Source: Euprymna scolopes (lineage: Eukaryota). Taken from it: a stretch of 64,000 nucleotides of DNA. Numbering within the stretch: position 1 is the first letter of the stretch; the number at the start of each line of letters is the position of its first letter. The translations under genes were made by a program, and so were the position numbers. The notes below the pieces were generated by a model. It saw only the letters and a program-made list of their open reading frames with translations, ran no database searches and had not been told where the DNA came from. The stretch is taken from assembly GCA_053919585.1 (NCBI GenBank), contig JBSSHM010000055.1. One strand, 5' to 3'. Positions 25,930-39,300 of this stretch are shown piece by piece.

Positions 25930-27170
25930 TGTATTAATATCGTTTTTGTATAATTCTGTTGAATAGTGAATAGTCAGATTATGTATTGATATCGTTTTTG
26001 TATTATTCTGTTGAATAGTTAATAGTCAGATTATTAATTTATATCATTGTTGTATTATTCTGTTGAATAGTGAATAGTCAGATTATGTATTGATATCGTT
26101 TTTGTATTATTCCGTTGAATAGTGAATAGTCAGATTATGTATTGATATCGTTTTTGTATTATTCCGTTGAATAGTGAATAGTCAGATTATGTATGGGTAT
26201 CGTTTTTTTATTATTCCGTTGAATAGTGAATAGTCAGATTATGTATTGATATCGTTTTTGTATTATTCTGTTGAATAGTTAATAGTCAGATTATTAATTT
26301 ATATCATTGTTGTATTATTCTGTTGAATAGTGAATAGTCAGATTATGTATTGACATCGTTTTTGTATTATTCCTTTGAATAGTGAATAGTCAGATTATGT
26401 ATTGATATCGTTTTTGTATTATTCCGTTGAATAGTGAATAGTCAGATTATGTATGGATATCGTTTTTTTATTATTCCGTTGAATAGTGAATAGTCAGATT
26501 ATGTATTGATATCGTTTTTGTATTATTCTGTTGAATAGTGAATAGTCAGATTATGTATTAATATCGTTTTTATATAATTCTGTTGAATAGTGAATAGTCA
26601 GATTATGTATTGATATCGTTTTTGTATTATTCTGTTGAATAGTTAATAGTCAGATTATTAATTTATATCATTGTTGTATTATTCTGTTGAATAGTGAATA
26701 GTCAGATTATGTATTGATATCGTTTTTGTATTATTCCGTTGAATAGTGAATAGTCAGATTATGTATTGATATCGTTTTTGTATTATTCCGTTGAATAGTG
26801 AATAGTCAGATTATGTATGGATATCGTTTTTTTATTATTCTGTTGAATAGTGAATAGTCAGATTATGTATTGATATCGTTTTTGTATTATTCTGTTGAAT
26901 AGTTAATAGTCAGATTATTAATTTATATCATTGTTGTATTATTCTGTTGAATAGTGAATAGTTAGATTATGTATTGACATCGTTTTTGTATTATTCCTTT
27001 GAATAGTGAATAGTCAGATTATGTATTTATATCGTTTTTGTATTATTCCGTTGAATAGTGAATAGTCAGATTATGTATGGATATCGTTTTTTTATTATTC
27101 CGTTGAATAGTGAATAGTCAGATTATGTATTGATATCGTTTTTGTATTATTCTGTTGAATAGTGAATAGT
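25930..27170 (+). repeat. 12-monomer (624 bp) tandem duplication with an internal 5-monomer repeat
   Basis: TTATTAATTTATATCATTGTTG marker at 26031, 26291, 26655 and 26915 (offsets 260 and 624). The TTGACATCG marker and the ATGG(A/G)TATC markers follow the same 624-bp offset. Confidence 0.85.
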
Positions 27171-27534
27171 CAGATTATGTATTGATATCGTTTTTGTATT
27201 ATTCCGTTGAATAGTGAATAGTCAGATTATGTATTGACATCGTTTTTGTATTATTCCTTTGAATAGTGAATAGTCAGATTATGTATTGATATAGTTTTTG
27301 TATTATTCTGTTGAATAGTGAATAGTCAGATTATGTATTGATATCGTTTTTGTATTATTCCGTTGAATAGTGAATAGTCAGATTATGTATTGATATCGTT
27401 TTTGTATTATTCCGTTGAATAGTGAATAGTCAGATTATGTATGGATATCGTTTTTTTATTATTCCGTTGAATAGTGAATAGTCAGATTATGTATTGATAT
27501 CGTTTTTGTATTATTCCGTTGAATAGTGAATAGT

Positions 27535-28300
27535 CAGATTATGTATTGATATCCTTTTTGTATTATTCTGTTGAATAGTGAATAGTCAGATTATGTATTG
27601 ATATCGTTTTTTTATTATTCCTTTGAATAGTGAATAGTCAGATTATGTATTGATATCCTTTTTGTATTATTCTGTTGAATAGTGAATAGTCAGATTATGT
27701 ATGGATATCGTTTTTGTATTTTTCTGTTGAATAGTGAATAGTCAGATTATGTATTGATATAGTTTTTGTATTATTCTGTTGAATAGTGAATAGTCAGATT
27801 ATGTATTGATATCGTTTTTTTATTATTCCTTTGAATAGTGAATAGTCAGATTATGTATTGATATCCTTTTTGTATTATTCTGTTGAATAGTGAATAGTCA
27901 GATTATGTATGGATATCGTTTTTGTATTTTTCTGTTGAATAGTGAATAGTCAGATTATGTATTGATATCGTTTTTGTATTATTCTGTTGAATAGTGAATA
28001 GTAAGATTATGTATTGATATCGTTTTTTTATTATTCCTTTGAATAGTGAATAGTCAGATTATGTATTGATATCCTTTTTGTATTATTCTGTTGAATAGTG
28101 AATAGTCAGATTATGTATTGATATCGTTTTTTTATTATTCCTTTGAATAGTGAATAGTCAGATTATGTATTGATATCCTTTTTGTATTATTCTGTTGAAT
28201 AGTGAATAGTCAGATTATGTATGGATATCGTTTTTGTATTTTTCTGTTGAATAGTGAATAGTCAGATTATGTATTGATATAGTTTTTGTATTATTCCGTT
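27535..28300 (+). repeat. Nested 2/4/10-monomer higher-order repeat marked by GATATCCTTTT
   Basis: CC variant at 27553, 27657, 27865, 28073 and 28177 (spacings 104, 208, 208, 104; 520 overall), with linked ATGGAT..TATTTTTCTG monomers. Confidence 0.8.
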
Positions 28301-31300
28301 GAATAGTGAATAGTCAGATTATGTATGGATATCGTTTTTTTATTATTCCGTTGAATAGTGAATAGTCAGATTATGTATTGATATCGTTTTTGTATTATTC
28401 TGTTGAATAGTGAATAGTCAGATTATGTATTGATATCGTTTTTGTATTATTCCTTTGAATAGTTAATAGTCAGATTATGTATTGATATAGTTTTTGTATT
28501 ATTCTGTTGAATAGTGAATAGTCAGATTATGTATTGATATAGTTTTTGTATTATTCCGTTGAATAGTGTATAGTCAGATTATGTATGGATATCATTGTTG
28601 TATTATTCCGTTGAATAGTGAATAGTCAGATTATGTATTGATATCGTTTTTGTATTATTCTGTTGAATAGTGAATAGTCAGATTATGTATTGATATCGTT
28701 TTTGTATTATTCCTTTGAATAGTTAATAGTCAGATTATGTATTGATATAGTTTTTGTATTATTCTGTTGAATAGTAAATAGTCAGATTATGTATTGATAT
28801 CGTTTTTGTATTATTCCGTTGAATAGTGAATAGTCCGATTATGTATTGAAATCGTTTTTTTATTATTCCTTTGAATAGTGAATAGTCAGATTATGTATTG
28901 ATATCGTTTTTGTATTATTCTGTTGAATAGTGAATAGTCCGATTATGTATTGATATCGTTTTTGTATTATTCCTTTGAATAGTGAATAGTCAGATTATGT
29001 ATGGATATCGTTTTTGTATTATTCCGTTGAATAGTGAATAGTCAGATTATGTATTGATATCGTTTTTGTATTATTCTGTTGAATAGTGAATAGTCAGATT
29101 ATGTATTGATATCGTTTTTGTATTATTCTGTTGAATATTGAATAGTCAGATTATGTATTGATATCGTTTTTGTATTATTCCGTTGAATAGTGAATAGTCA
29201 GATTATGTATTGATATCGTTTTTGCATTATTCTGTTGAATAGTGAATAGTCAGATTATGTATTGATATCGTTTTTGTATTATTCTGTTGAATAGTGAATA
29301 GTCAGATTATGTATTGATATCGTTTTTGTATTATTCTGTTGAATAGTGAATAGTCAGATTATGTATTGATATCGTTTTTGTATTATTCTGTTGAATATTG
29401 AATAGTCAGATTATGTATTGATATCGTTTTTGTATTATTCCGTTGAATAGTGAATAGTCAGATTATGTATTGATATCGTTTTTGTATTATTCTGTTGAAT
29501 AGTGAATAGTCAGATTATGTATTGATATCGTTTTTGTATTATTCTGTTGAATAGTGAATAGTCAGATTATGTATTGATATCGTTTTTGTATTATTCTGTT
29601 GAATAGTGAATAGTCAGATTATGTATTGATATCGTTTTTGTATTATTCTGTTGAATAGTGAATAGTCAGATTATGTATTGATATCGTTTTTGTATTATTC
29701 TGTTGAATAGTGAATAGTCAGATTATGTATTGATATCGTTTTTGTATTATTCTGTTGAATAGTGAATAGTCAGATTATGTATTGATATCGTTTTTGTATT
29801 ATTCTGTTGAATAGTGAATAGTCAGATTATGTATTGATATAGTTTTTGTATTATTCCGTTGAATAGTGAATAGTCAGATTATGTATGGATATCGTTTTTT
29901 TATTATTCCGTTGAATAGTGAATAGTCAGATTATGTATTGATATCGTTTTTGTATTATTCTGTTGAATAGTGAGTAGTCAGATTATGTATTGATATCGTT
30001 TTTGTATTATTCCTTTGAATAGTTAATAGTCAGATTATGTATTGATATAGTTTTTGTATTATTCTGTTGAATAGTGAATAGTCAGATTATGTATTGATAT
30101 CGTTTTTGTATTATTCCGTTGAATAGTGAATAGTCAGATTATGTATTGATATCGTTTTTGTATTATTCCGTTGAATAGTGAATAGTCAGATTATGTATTG
30201 ATATCGTTTTTGTATTATTCCGTTGAATAGTAAATAGTCAGATTATGTATTGATATAGTTTTTGTATTATTCTGTTGAATAGTGAATAGTCCGATTATGT
30301 ATTGATATCGTTTTTGTATTATTCCGTTGAATAGTAAATAGTCAGATTATGTATTGATATAGTTTTTGTATTATTCCGTTGAATAGTGAATAGTCAGATT
30401 ATGTATTGATATCATTGTTGTATTATTCTGTTAAATAGTGAATAGTCCGATTATGTATTGAAATCGTTTTTTTATTATTCCTTTGAATAGTGAATAGTCA
30501 GATTATGTATTGATATCGTTTTTGTATTATTCTGTTGAATAGTGAATAGTCCGATTATGTATTGATATCGTTTTTGTATTATTCCTTTGAATAGTGAATA
30601 GTCAGATTATGTATGGATATGGTTTTTGTATTATTCCGTTGAATAGTGAATAGTCAGATTATGTATTGATATAGTTTTTGTATTATTCTGTTGAATAGTG
30701 AATAGTCAGATTATGTATTGATATCGTTTTTGTATTATTCTGTTGAATAGTGAATAGTCAGATTATGTATTGATATCGTTTTTGTATTATTCTGTTGAAT
30801 AGTGAATAGTCAGATTATGTATTGATATCGTTTTTGTATTATTCTGTTGAATAGTGAATAGTCAGATTATGTATTGATATCGTTTTTGTATTATTCCTTT
30901 GAATAGTGAATAGTCAGATTATGTATGGATATCGCTTTTGTATTATTCCGTTGAATAGTGAATAGTCAGATTATGTATTGATATCGTTTTTGTATTATTC
31001 CTTTGAATAGTAGATAGTCAGATTATGTATTGATATCGTTTTTGTATTATTCCGTTGAATAATGAATAGTCAGATTATGTATTGATATCGTTTTTGTATT
31101 ATTCTGTTGAATAGTGAATAGTCAGATTATGTATGGATATCGTTTTTTTATTATTCCGTTGAATAGTGAATAGTCAGATTATGTATGGATATCGTTTTTT
31201 TATTATTCCGTTGAATAGTGAATAGTCAGATTATGTATTGATATCGTTTTTGTATTATTCTGTTGAATAGTGAATAGTCAGATTATGTATTGATATCGTT

Positions 31301-32399
31301 TTTGTATTATTCCGTTGAATAGTGAATAGTCAGATTATGTATTGATATCGTTTTTGTATTATTCTGTTGAATAGTGAATAGTCAGATTATGTATTGATAT
31401 CGTTTTTGTATTATTCTGTTGAATAGTGAATAGTCAGATTATGTATGGATATCGTTTTTTTTATTATTCCGTTGAATAGTGAATAGTCAGATTATGTATT
31501 GATATCGTTTTTGTATTATTCTGTTGAATAGTGAATAGTCAGATTATGTATTGATATCGTTTTTGTATTATTCTGTTGAATAGTGAATAGTCAGATTATG
31601 TATTGATATCGTTTTTTTATTATTCCGTTGAATAGTGAATAGTCAGATTATGTATTGATATCGTTTTTGTATTATTCTGTTGAATAGTGAATAGTCAGAT
31701 TATGTATTGATATCGTTTTTGTATTATTCTGTTGAATAGTGAATAGTCAGATTATGTATTGATATCGTTTTTTTATTATTCCGTTGAATAGTGAATAGTC
31801 AGATTATGTATTGATATCGTTTTTGTATTATTCTGTTGAATAGTGAATAGTCAGATTATGTATTGATATCGTTTTTGTATTATTCTGTTGAATAGTGAAT
31901 AGTCAGATTATGTATTGATATCGTTTTTGTATTATTCTGTTGAATAGTGAATAGTCAGATTATGTATTGATATCGTTTTTGTATTATTCTGTTGAATAGT
32001 GAATAGTCAGATTATGTATTGATATCGTTTTTGTATTATTCTGTTGAATAGTGAATAGTCGGATTATGTATTGATATCGTTTTTTTATTATTCCGTTGAA
32101 TAGTGAATAGTCAGATTATGTATTGATATCGTTTTTGTATTATTCTGTTGAATAGTGAATAGTCAGATTATGTATTGATATCGTTTTTGTATTATTCTGT
32201 TGAATAGTGAATAGTCAGATTATGTATTGATATCGTTTTTGTATTATTCTGTTGAATAGTGAATAGTCAGATTATGTATTGATATCGTTTTTGTATTATT
32301 CTGTTGAATAGTGAATAGTCAGATTATGTATTGATATCGTTTTTGTATTATTCTGTTGAATAGTGAATAGTCAGATTATGTATTGATATCGTTTTTGTA

Positions 32400-35300
32400 T
32401 TATTCTGTTGAATATTGAATAGTCAGATTATGTATTGATATCGTTTTTGTATTATTCCGTTGAATAGTGAATAGTCAGATTATGTATTGATATCGTTTTT
32501 GTATTATTCTGTTGAATAGTGAATAGTCAGATTATGTATTGATATCGTTTTTGTATTATTCTGTTGAATAGTGAATAGTCAGATTATGTATTGATATCGT
32601 TTTTGTATTATTCTGTTGAATAGTGAATAGTCAGATTATGTATTGATATCGTTTTTGTATTATTCTGTTGAATAGTGAATAGTCAGATTATGTATTGATA
32701 TCGTTTTTGTATTATTCTGTTGAATAGTGAATAGTCAGATTATGTATTGATATCGTTTTTGTATTATTCTGTTGAATAGTGAATAGTCAGATTATGTATT
32801 GATATCGTTTTTGTATTATTCTGTTGAATAGTGAATAGTCAGATTATGTATTGATATCGTTTTTGTATTATTCTGTTGAATAGTGAATAGTCAGATTATG
32901 TATTGATATCGTTTTTGTATTATTCTGTTGAATAGTGAATAGTCAGATTATGTATTGATATCGTTTTTGTATTATTCTGTTGAATAGTGAATAGTCAGAT
33001 TATGTATTGATATCGTTTTTGTATTATTCTGTTGAATAGTGAATAGTCAGATTATGTATTGATATCGTTTTTGTATTATTCCGTTGAATAGTGAATAGTC
33101 AGATTATGTATTGATATCGTTTTTGTATTATTCTGTTGAATAGTGAATAGTCAGATTATGTATTGATATCGTTTTTGTATTATTCTGTTGAATAGTGAAT
33201 AGTCAGATTATGTATTAATATCGTTTTTGTATAATTCTGTTGAATAGTGAATAGTCAGATTATGTATTGATATCGTTTTTGTATTATTCTGTTGAATAGT
33301 TAATAGTCAGATTATTAATTTATATCATTGTTGTATTATTCTGTTGAATAGTGAATAGTCAGATTATGTATTGATATCGTTTTTGTATTATTCCGTTGAA
33401 TAGTGAATAGTCAGATTATGTATTGACATCGTTTTTGTATTATTCCTTTGAATAGTGAATAGTCAGATTATGTATTGATATCGTTTTTGTATTATTCCGT
33501 TGAATAGTGAATAGTCAGATTATGTATTGATATCGTTTTTGTATTATTCTGTTGAATAGTGAATAGTCAGATTATGTATTGATATCTTTTTTTTTTATTA
33601 TTCTGTTGAATAGTGAATAGTCAGATTATGTATTAATATCGTTTTTGTATTATTTCGTTGAATAGTGAATAGTCAGATTATGTATTGATATTGTTTTTGT
33701 ATTCTTTCTTTGAATAGTGAATAGTCCGATTATGTATTTATATCGTTTTTGTATTATTCTGTTGAATAGTGAATAGTCAGATTATGTATTGATATCGTTT
33801 TTGTATTATTCTGTTGAATAGTGAATAGTCAGATTATGTATTGATATCGTTTTTGTATTATTCTGTTGAATAGTTTATAGTCAGATTATTAATTTATATC
33901 ATTGTTGTATTATTCTGTTGAATAGTGAATAGTCAGATTATGTATTGATATCGTTTTTGTATTATTCCGTTGAATAGTGAATAGTCAGATTATGTATTGA
34001 TATCGTTTTTGTATTATTCTGTTGAATAGTTAATAGTCAGATTATGTATTGATATCGTTTTTGTATTATTCCGTTGAATAGTGAATAGTCAGATTATGTA
34101 TTGATATCGCTTTTGTATTATTCTGTTGAATAGTGAATAGTCAGATTATGTATTGATATCTTTTTTTTTTATTATTCTGTTGAATAGTGAATAGTCAGAT
34201 TATGTATTAATATCGTTTTTGTATTATTTCGTTGAATAGTGAATAGTCAGATTATGTATTGATATTGTTTTTGTATTCTTTCTTTGAATAGTGAATAGTC
34301 CGATTATGTATTTATATCGTTTTTGTATTATTCTGTTGAATAGTGAATAGTCAGATTATGTATTGATATCGTTTTTGTATTATTCTGTTGAATAGTGAAT
34401 AGTCAGATTATGTATTGATATAGTTTTTGTATTATTCCGTTGAATAGTTAATAGTCAGATTATATATTGATATCGTTTTTGTATTATTCCGTTGAATAGT
34501 GAATAGTAAGATTATGTATTGATATCATTGTTGTATAATTCTGTTCAATAGTGAATAGTCAGATTATGTATTGATATCGTTTTTTTATTATTCCTTTGAA
34601 TAGTGAATAGTCAGATTATGTATTGATATCGTTTTTGTATTATTCCGTTGAATAGTGAATAGTCAGATTATGTATTGATATCGCTTTTGTATTATTCCGT
34701 TGAATAGTTAATAGTCAGATTATGTATTGATATCATTTTTGTATTATTCCGTTGAATAGTGAATAGTCAGATTATGTATTGATATCGTTTTTGTATTATT
34801 CCGTTGAATAGTGAATAGTCAGATTATGTATTGATATCGTTTTTGTATTATTCCGTTGAATAGTGAATAGTCAGATTATGTATTGATATCGTTTTTGTAT
34901 TATTCCGTTGAATAGTGAATAGTCAGATTATGTATTGATATCGTTTTTGTATTATTCTGTTGAATAGTGAATAGTCAGATTATGTATTGATATCGTTTTT
35001 GTATTATTCTGTTGAATAGTAAAAATACCGATTATGTATTGATATCATTGTTGTATTATTCTGTTGAATAGTTAATAGTCAGATTATGTATTGATATCGT
35101 TTTTGTATTATTCCGTTGAATAGTGAATAGTCAGATTATGTATTGATATCGTTTTTGTATTATTCCGTTGAATAGTGAATAGTAAGATTATGTAATGATA
35201 TCATTTTTGTATAATTCTGTTCAATAGTGAATAGTCAGATTATGTATTGATATCGTTTTTGTATTATTCTGTTGAATAGTGAATAGTCCGATTATGTATT

Positions 35301-38300
35301 GATATCGTTTTTGTATTATTCTGTTGAATAGTAAATAGTCCGATTATGTATTGATATCATTGTTGTATTATTCTGTTGAATAGTGAATAGCAAGATTATG
35401 TATTGATATCATTGTTGTATTATTCTGTTGAATAGTCAATAGTCAGTTCATGTATTGATATCGTTTTTGTATTATTCTGTTGAATAGTGAATAGTCAGAT
35501 TATGTATTGATATCGTTTTTGTATTATTCCTTTGAATAGTGAATATCCAGATTATGTATTGATATCGTTTTTGTATTATTCTGTTGAATAGTGAATAGTC
35601 CGATTATGTATTTATATCGTTTTTGTATTATTCTGTTGAATAGTGAATAGTCAGATTATGTATTGATATCATTTTTGTATTATTCCGTTGAATAGTGAAA
35701 AGTAAGATTATGTATTGATATCGTTTTTGTATTATTCTGTTGAATAGTGAATAGTCAGATTATGTATTGATATCGTTTTTGTATTATTCTGTTGAATAGT
35801 GAATAGTCAGATTATGTATTGATATCGTTTTTTTATTATTCCGTTTAATAGTGAATAGTCAGATTATGTATTGATATCGTTTTTGTATTATTCTGTTGAA
35901 TAGTGAATAGTCAGATTATGTATTGATATCGTTTTTGTATTATTCTGTTGAATAGTGAATAGTCAGATTATGTATTGATATCGTTTTTGTATTATTCTGT
36001 TGAATAGTGTATAGTCAGATTATGTATTGATATCGTTTTTTTATTATTCCTTTGAATAGTGAATAGTCAGATTATGTATTGATATCGTTTTTGTATTATT
36101 CTGTTGAATATTGAATAGTCAGATTATGTATTGATATCGTTTTTGTATTATTCCGTTGAATAGTGAATAGTCAGATTATGTATTGATATCGTTTTTGTAT
36201 TATTCTGTTGAATAGTGAATAGTCAGATTATGTATTGATATCGTTTTTGTATTATTCTGTTGAATAGTGAATAGTCAGATTATGTATTGATATCGTTTTT
36301 GTATTATTCTGTTGAATAGTGAATAGTCAGATTATGTATTGATATCGTTTTTGTATTATTCTGTTGAATAGTGAATAGTCAGATTATGTATTGATATCGT
36401 TTTTGTATTATTCTGTTGAATAGTGAATAGTCAGATTATGTATTGATATCGTTTTTGTATTATTCTGTTGAATAGTGAATAGTCAGATTATGTATTGATA
36501 TCGTTTTTGTATTATTCTGTTGAATAGTGAATAGTCAGATTATGTATTGATATCGTTTTTGTATTATTCTGTTGAATATTGAATAGTCAGATTATGTATT
36601 GATATCGTTTTTGTATTATTCCGTTGAATAGTGAATAGTCAGATTATGTATTGATATCGTTTTTGTATTATTCTGTTGAATAGTGAATAGTCAGATTATG
36701 CATTGATATCGTTTTTGTATTATTCTGTTGAATAGTGAATAGTCAGATTATGTATTGATATCGTTTTTGTATTATTCTGTTGAATAGTGAATAGTCAGAT
36801 TATGTATTGATATCGTTTTTGTATTATTCTGTTGAATAGTGAATAGTCAGATTATGTATTGATATCGTTTTTGTATTATTCTGTTGAATAGTGAATAGTC
36901 AGATTATGTATTGATATCGTTTTTGTATTATTCTGTTGAATAGTGAATAGTCAGATTATGTATTGATATCGTTTTTGTATTATTCTGTTGAATAGTGAAT
37001 AGTCAGATTATGTATTGATATCGTTTTTGTATTATTCTGTTGAATAGTGAATAGTCAGATTATGTATTGATATCGTTTTTGTATTATTCCGTTGAATAGT
37101 GAATAGTCAGATTATGTATTGATATCGTTTTTGTATTATTCTGTTGAATAGTGAATAGTCAGATTATGTATTGATATCGTTTTTGTATTATTCTGTTGAA
37201 TAGTGAATAGTCAGATTATGTATTAATATCGTTTTTGTATAATTCTGTTGAATAGTGAATAGTCAGATTATGTATTGATATCGTTTTTGTATTATTCTGT
37301 TGAATAGTTAATAGTCAGATTATTAATTTATATCATTGTTGTATTATTCTGTTGAATAGTGAATAGTCAGATTATGTATTGATATCGTTTTTGTATTATT
37401 CCGTAGAATAGTGAATAGTCAGATTATGTATTGACATCGTTTTTGTATTATTCCTTTGAATAGTGAATAGTCAGATTATGTATTGATATCGTTTTTGTAT
37501 TATTCCGTTGAATAGTGAATAGTCAGATTATGTATTGATATCGTTTTTGTATTATTCTGTTGAATAGTGAATAGTCAGATTATGTATTGATATCGTTTTT
37601 GTATTATTCCGTTGAATAGTGAATAGTCAGATTATGTATTGATATTGTTTTTGTATTCTTTCTTTGAATGGTGAATAGTCCGATTATGTATTTGTATCGT
37701 TTTTGTATTATTCTGTTGAATAGTGAATAGTCAGATTATGTATTGATATCGTTTTTGTATTATTCTGTTGAATAGTGAATAGTCAGATTATGTATTGATA
37801 TCGTTTTTGTATTATTCTGTTGAATAGTTAATAGTCAGATTATTAATTTATATCATTGTTGTATTATTCTGTTGAATAGTGAATAGTCAGATTATGTATT
37901 GATATCGTTTTTGTATTATTCCGTTGAATAGTGAATAGTCAGATTATGTATTGATATCGTTTTTGTATTATTCTGTTGAATAGTTAATAGTCAGATTATG
38001 TATTGATATCGTTTTTGTATTATTCCGTTGAATAGTGAATAGTCAGATTATGTATTGATATCGTTTTTGTATTATTCTGTTGAATAGTGAATAGTCAGAT
38101 TATGTATTGATATCTTTTTTTTTTATTATTCTGTTGAATAGTGAATAGTCAGATTATGTATTAATATCGTTTTTGTATTATTTCGTTGAATAGTGAATAG
38201 TCAGATTATGTATTGATATTGTTTTTGTATTCTTTCTTTGAATAGTGAATAGTCCGATTATGTATTTATATCGTTTTTGTATTATTCTGTTGAATAGTGA

Positions 38301-39300
38301 ATAGTCAGATTATGTATTGATATCGTTTTTGTATTATTCTGTTGAATAGTGAATAGTCAGATTATGTATTGATATAGTTTTTGTATTATTCCGTTGAATA
38401 GTTAATAGTCAGATTATGTATTGATATCGTTTTTGTATTATTCCGTTGAATAGTGAATAGTAAGATTATGTATTGATATCATTGTTGTATAATTCTGTTC
38501 AATAGTGAATAGTCAGATTATGTATTGATATCGTTTTTTTATTATTCCTTTGAATAGTGAATAGTCAGATTATGTATTGATATCGTTTTTGTATTATTCC
38601 GTTGAATAGTGAATAGTCAGATTATGTATTGATATCGCTTTTGTATTATTCCGTTGAATAGGTAATAGTCAGATTATGTATTGATATCGTTTTTGTATTA
38701 TTCCGTTGAATAGTGAATAGTCAGATTATGTATTGATATCGTTTTTGTATTATTCCGTTGAATAGTGAATAGTCAGATTATGTATTGATATCGTTTTTGT
38801 ATTATTCCGTTGAATAGTGAATAGTCAGATTATGTATTGATATCGTTTTTGTATTATTCCGTTGAATAGTGAATAGTCAGATTATGTATTGATATCGTTT
38901 TTGTATTATTCTGTTAATAGTGAATAGTCAGATTATGTATTGATATCGTTTTTGTATTATTCTGTTGAATAGTAAAAATACCGATTATGTATTGATATCA
39001 TTGTTGTATTATTCTGTTGAATAGTGAATAGTCAGATTATGTATTGATATCGTTTTTGTATTATTCCGTTGAATAGTGAATAGTCAGATTATGTATTGAT
39101 ATCGTTTTTGTATTATTCCGTTGAATAGTGAATAGTAAGATTATGTAATGATATCATTGTTGTATAATTCTGTTCAATAGTGAATAGTCAGATTATGTAT
39201 TGATATCGTTTTTGTATTATTCTGTTGAATAGTGAATAGTCCGATTATGTATTGATATCGTTTTTGTATTATTCTGTTGAATAGTAAATAGTCCGATTAT
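32400..39300 (+). repeat. Tandem segment duplication of about 76-80 monomers (about 4.0 kb period)
   Basis: TATTAATATCG..TATAATTC at 33213/37221 (4,008) and AAAAATACCG at 35028/38981 (3,953). TTGACATCG, a T10 tract and TAATGATATCA appear in the same order in both copies. There is an internal 11-monomer repeat (33581/34155). Confidence 0.87.
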
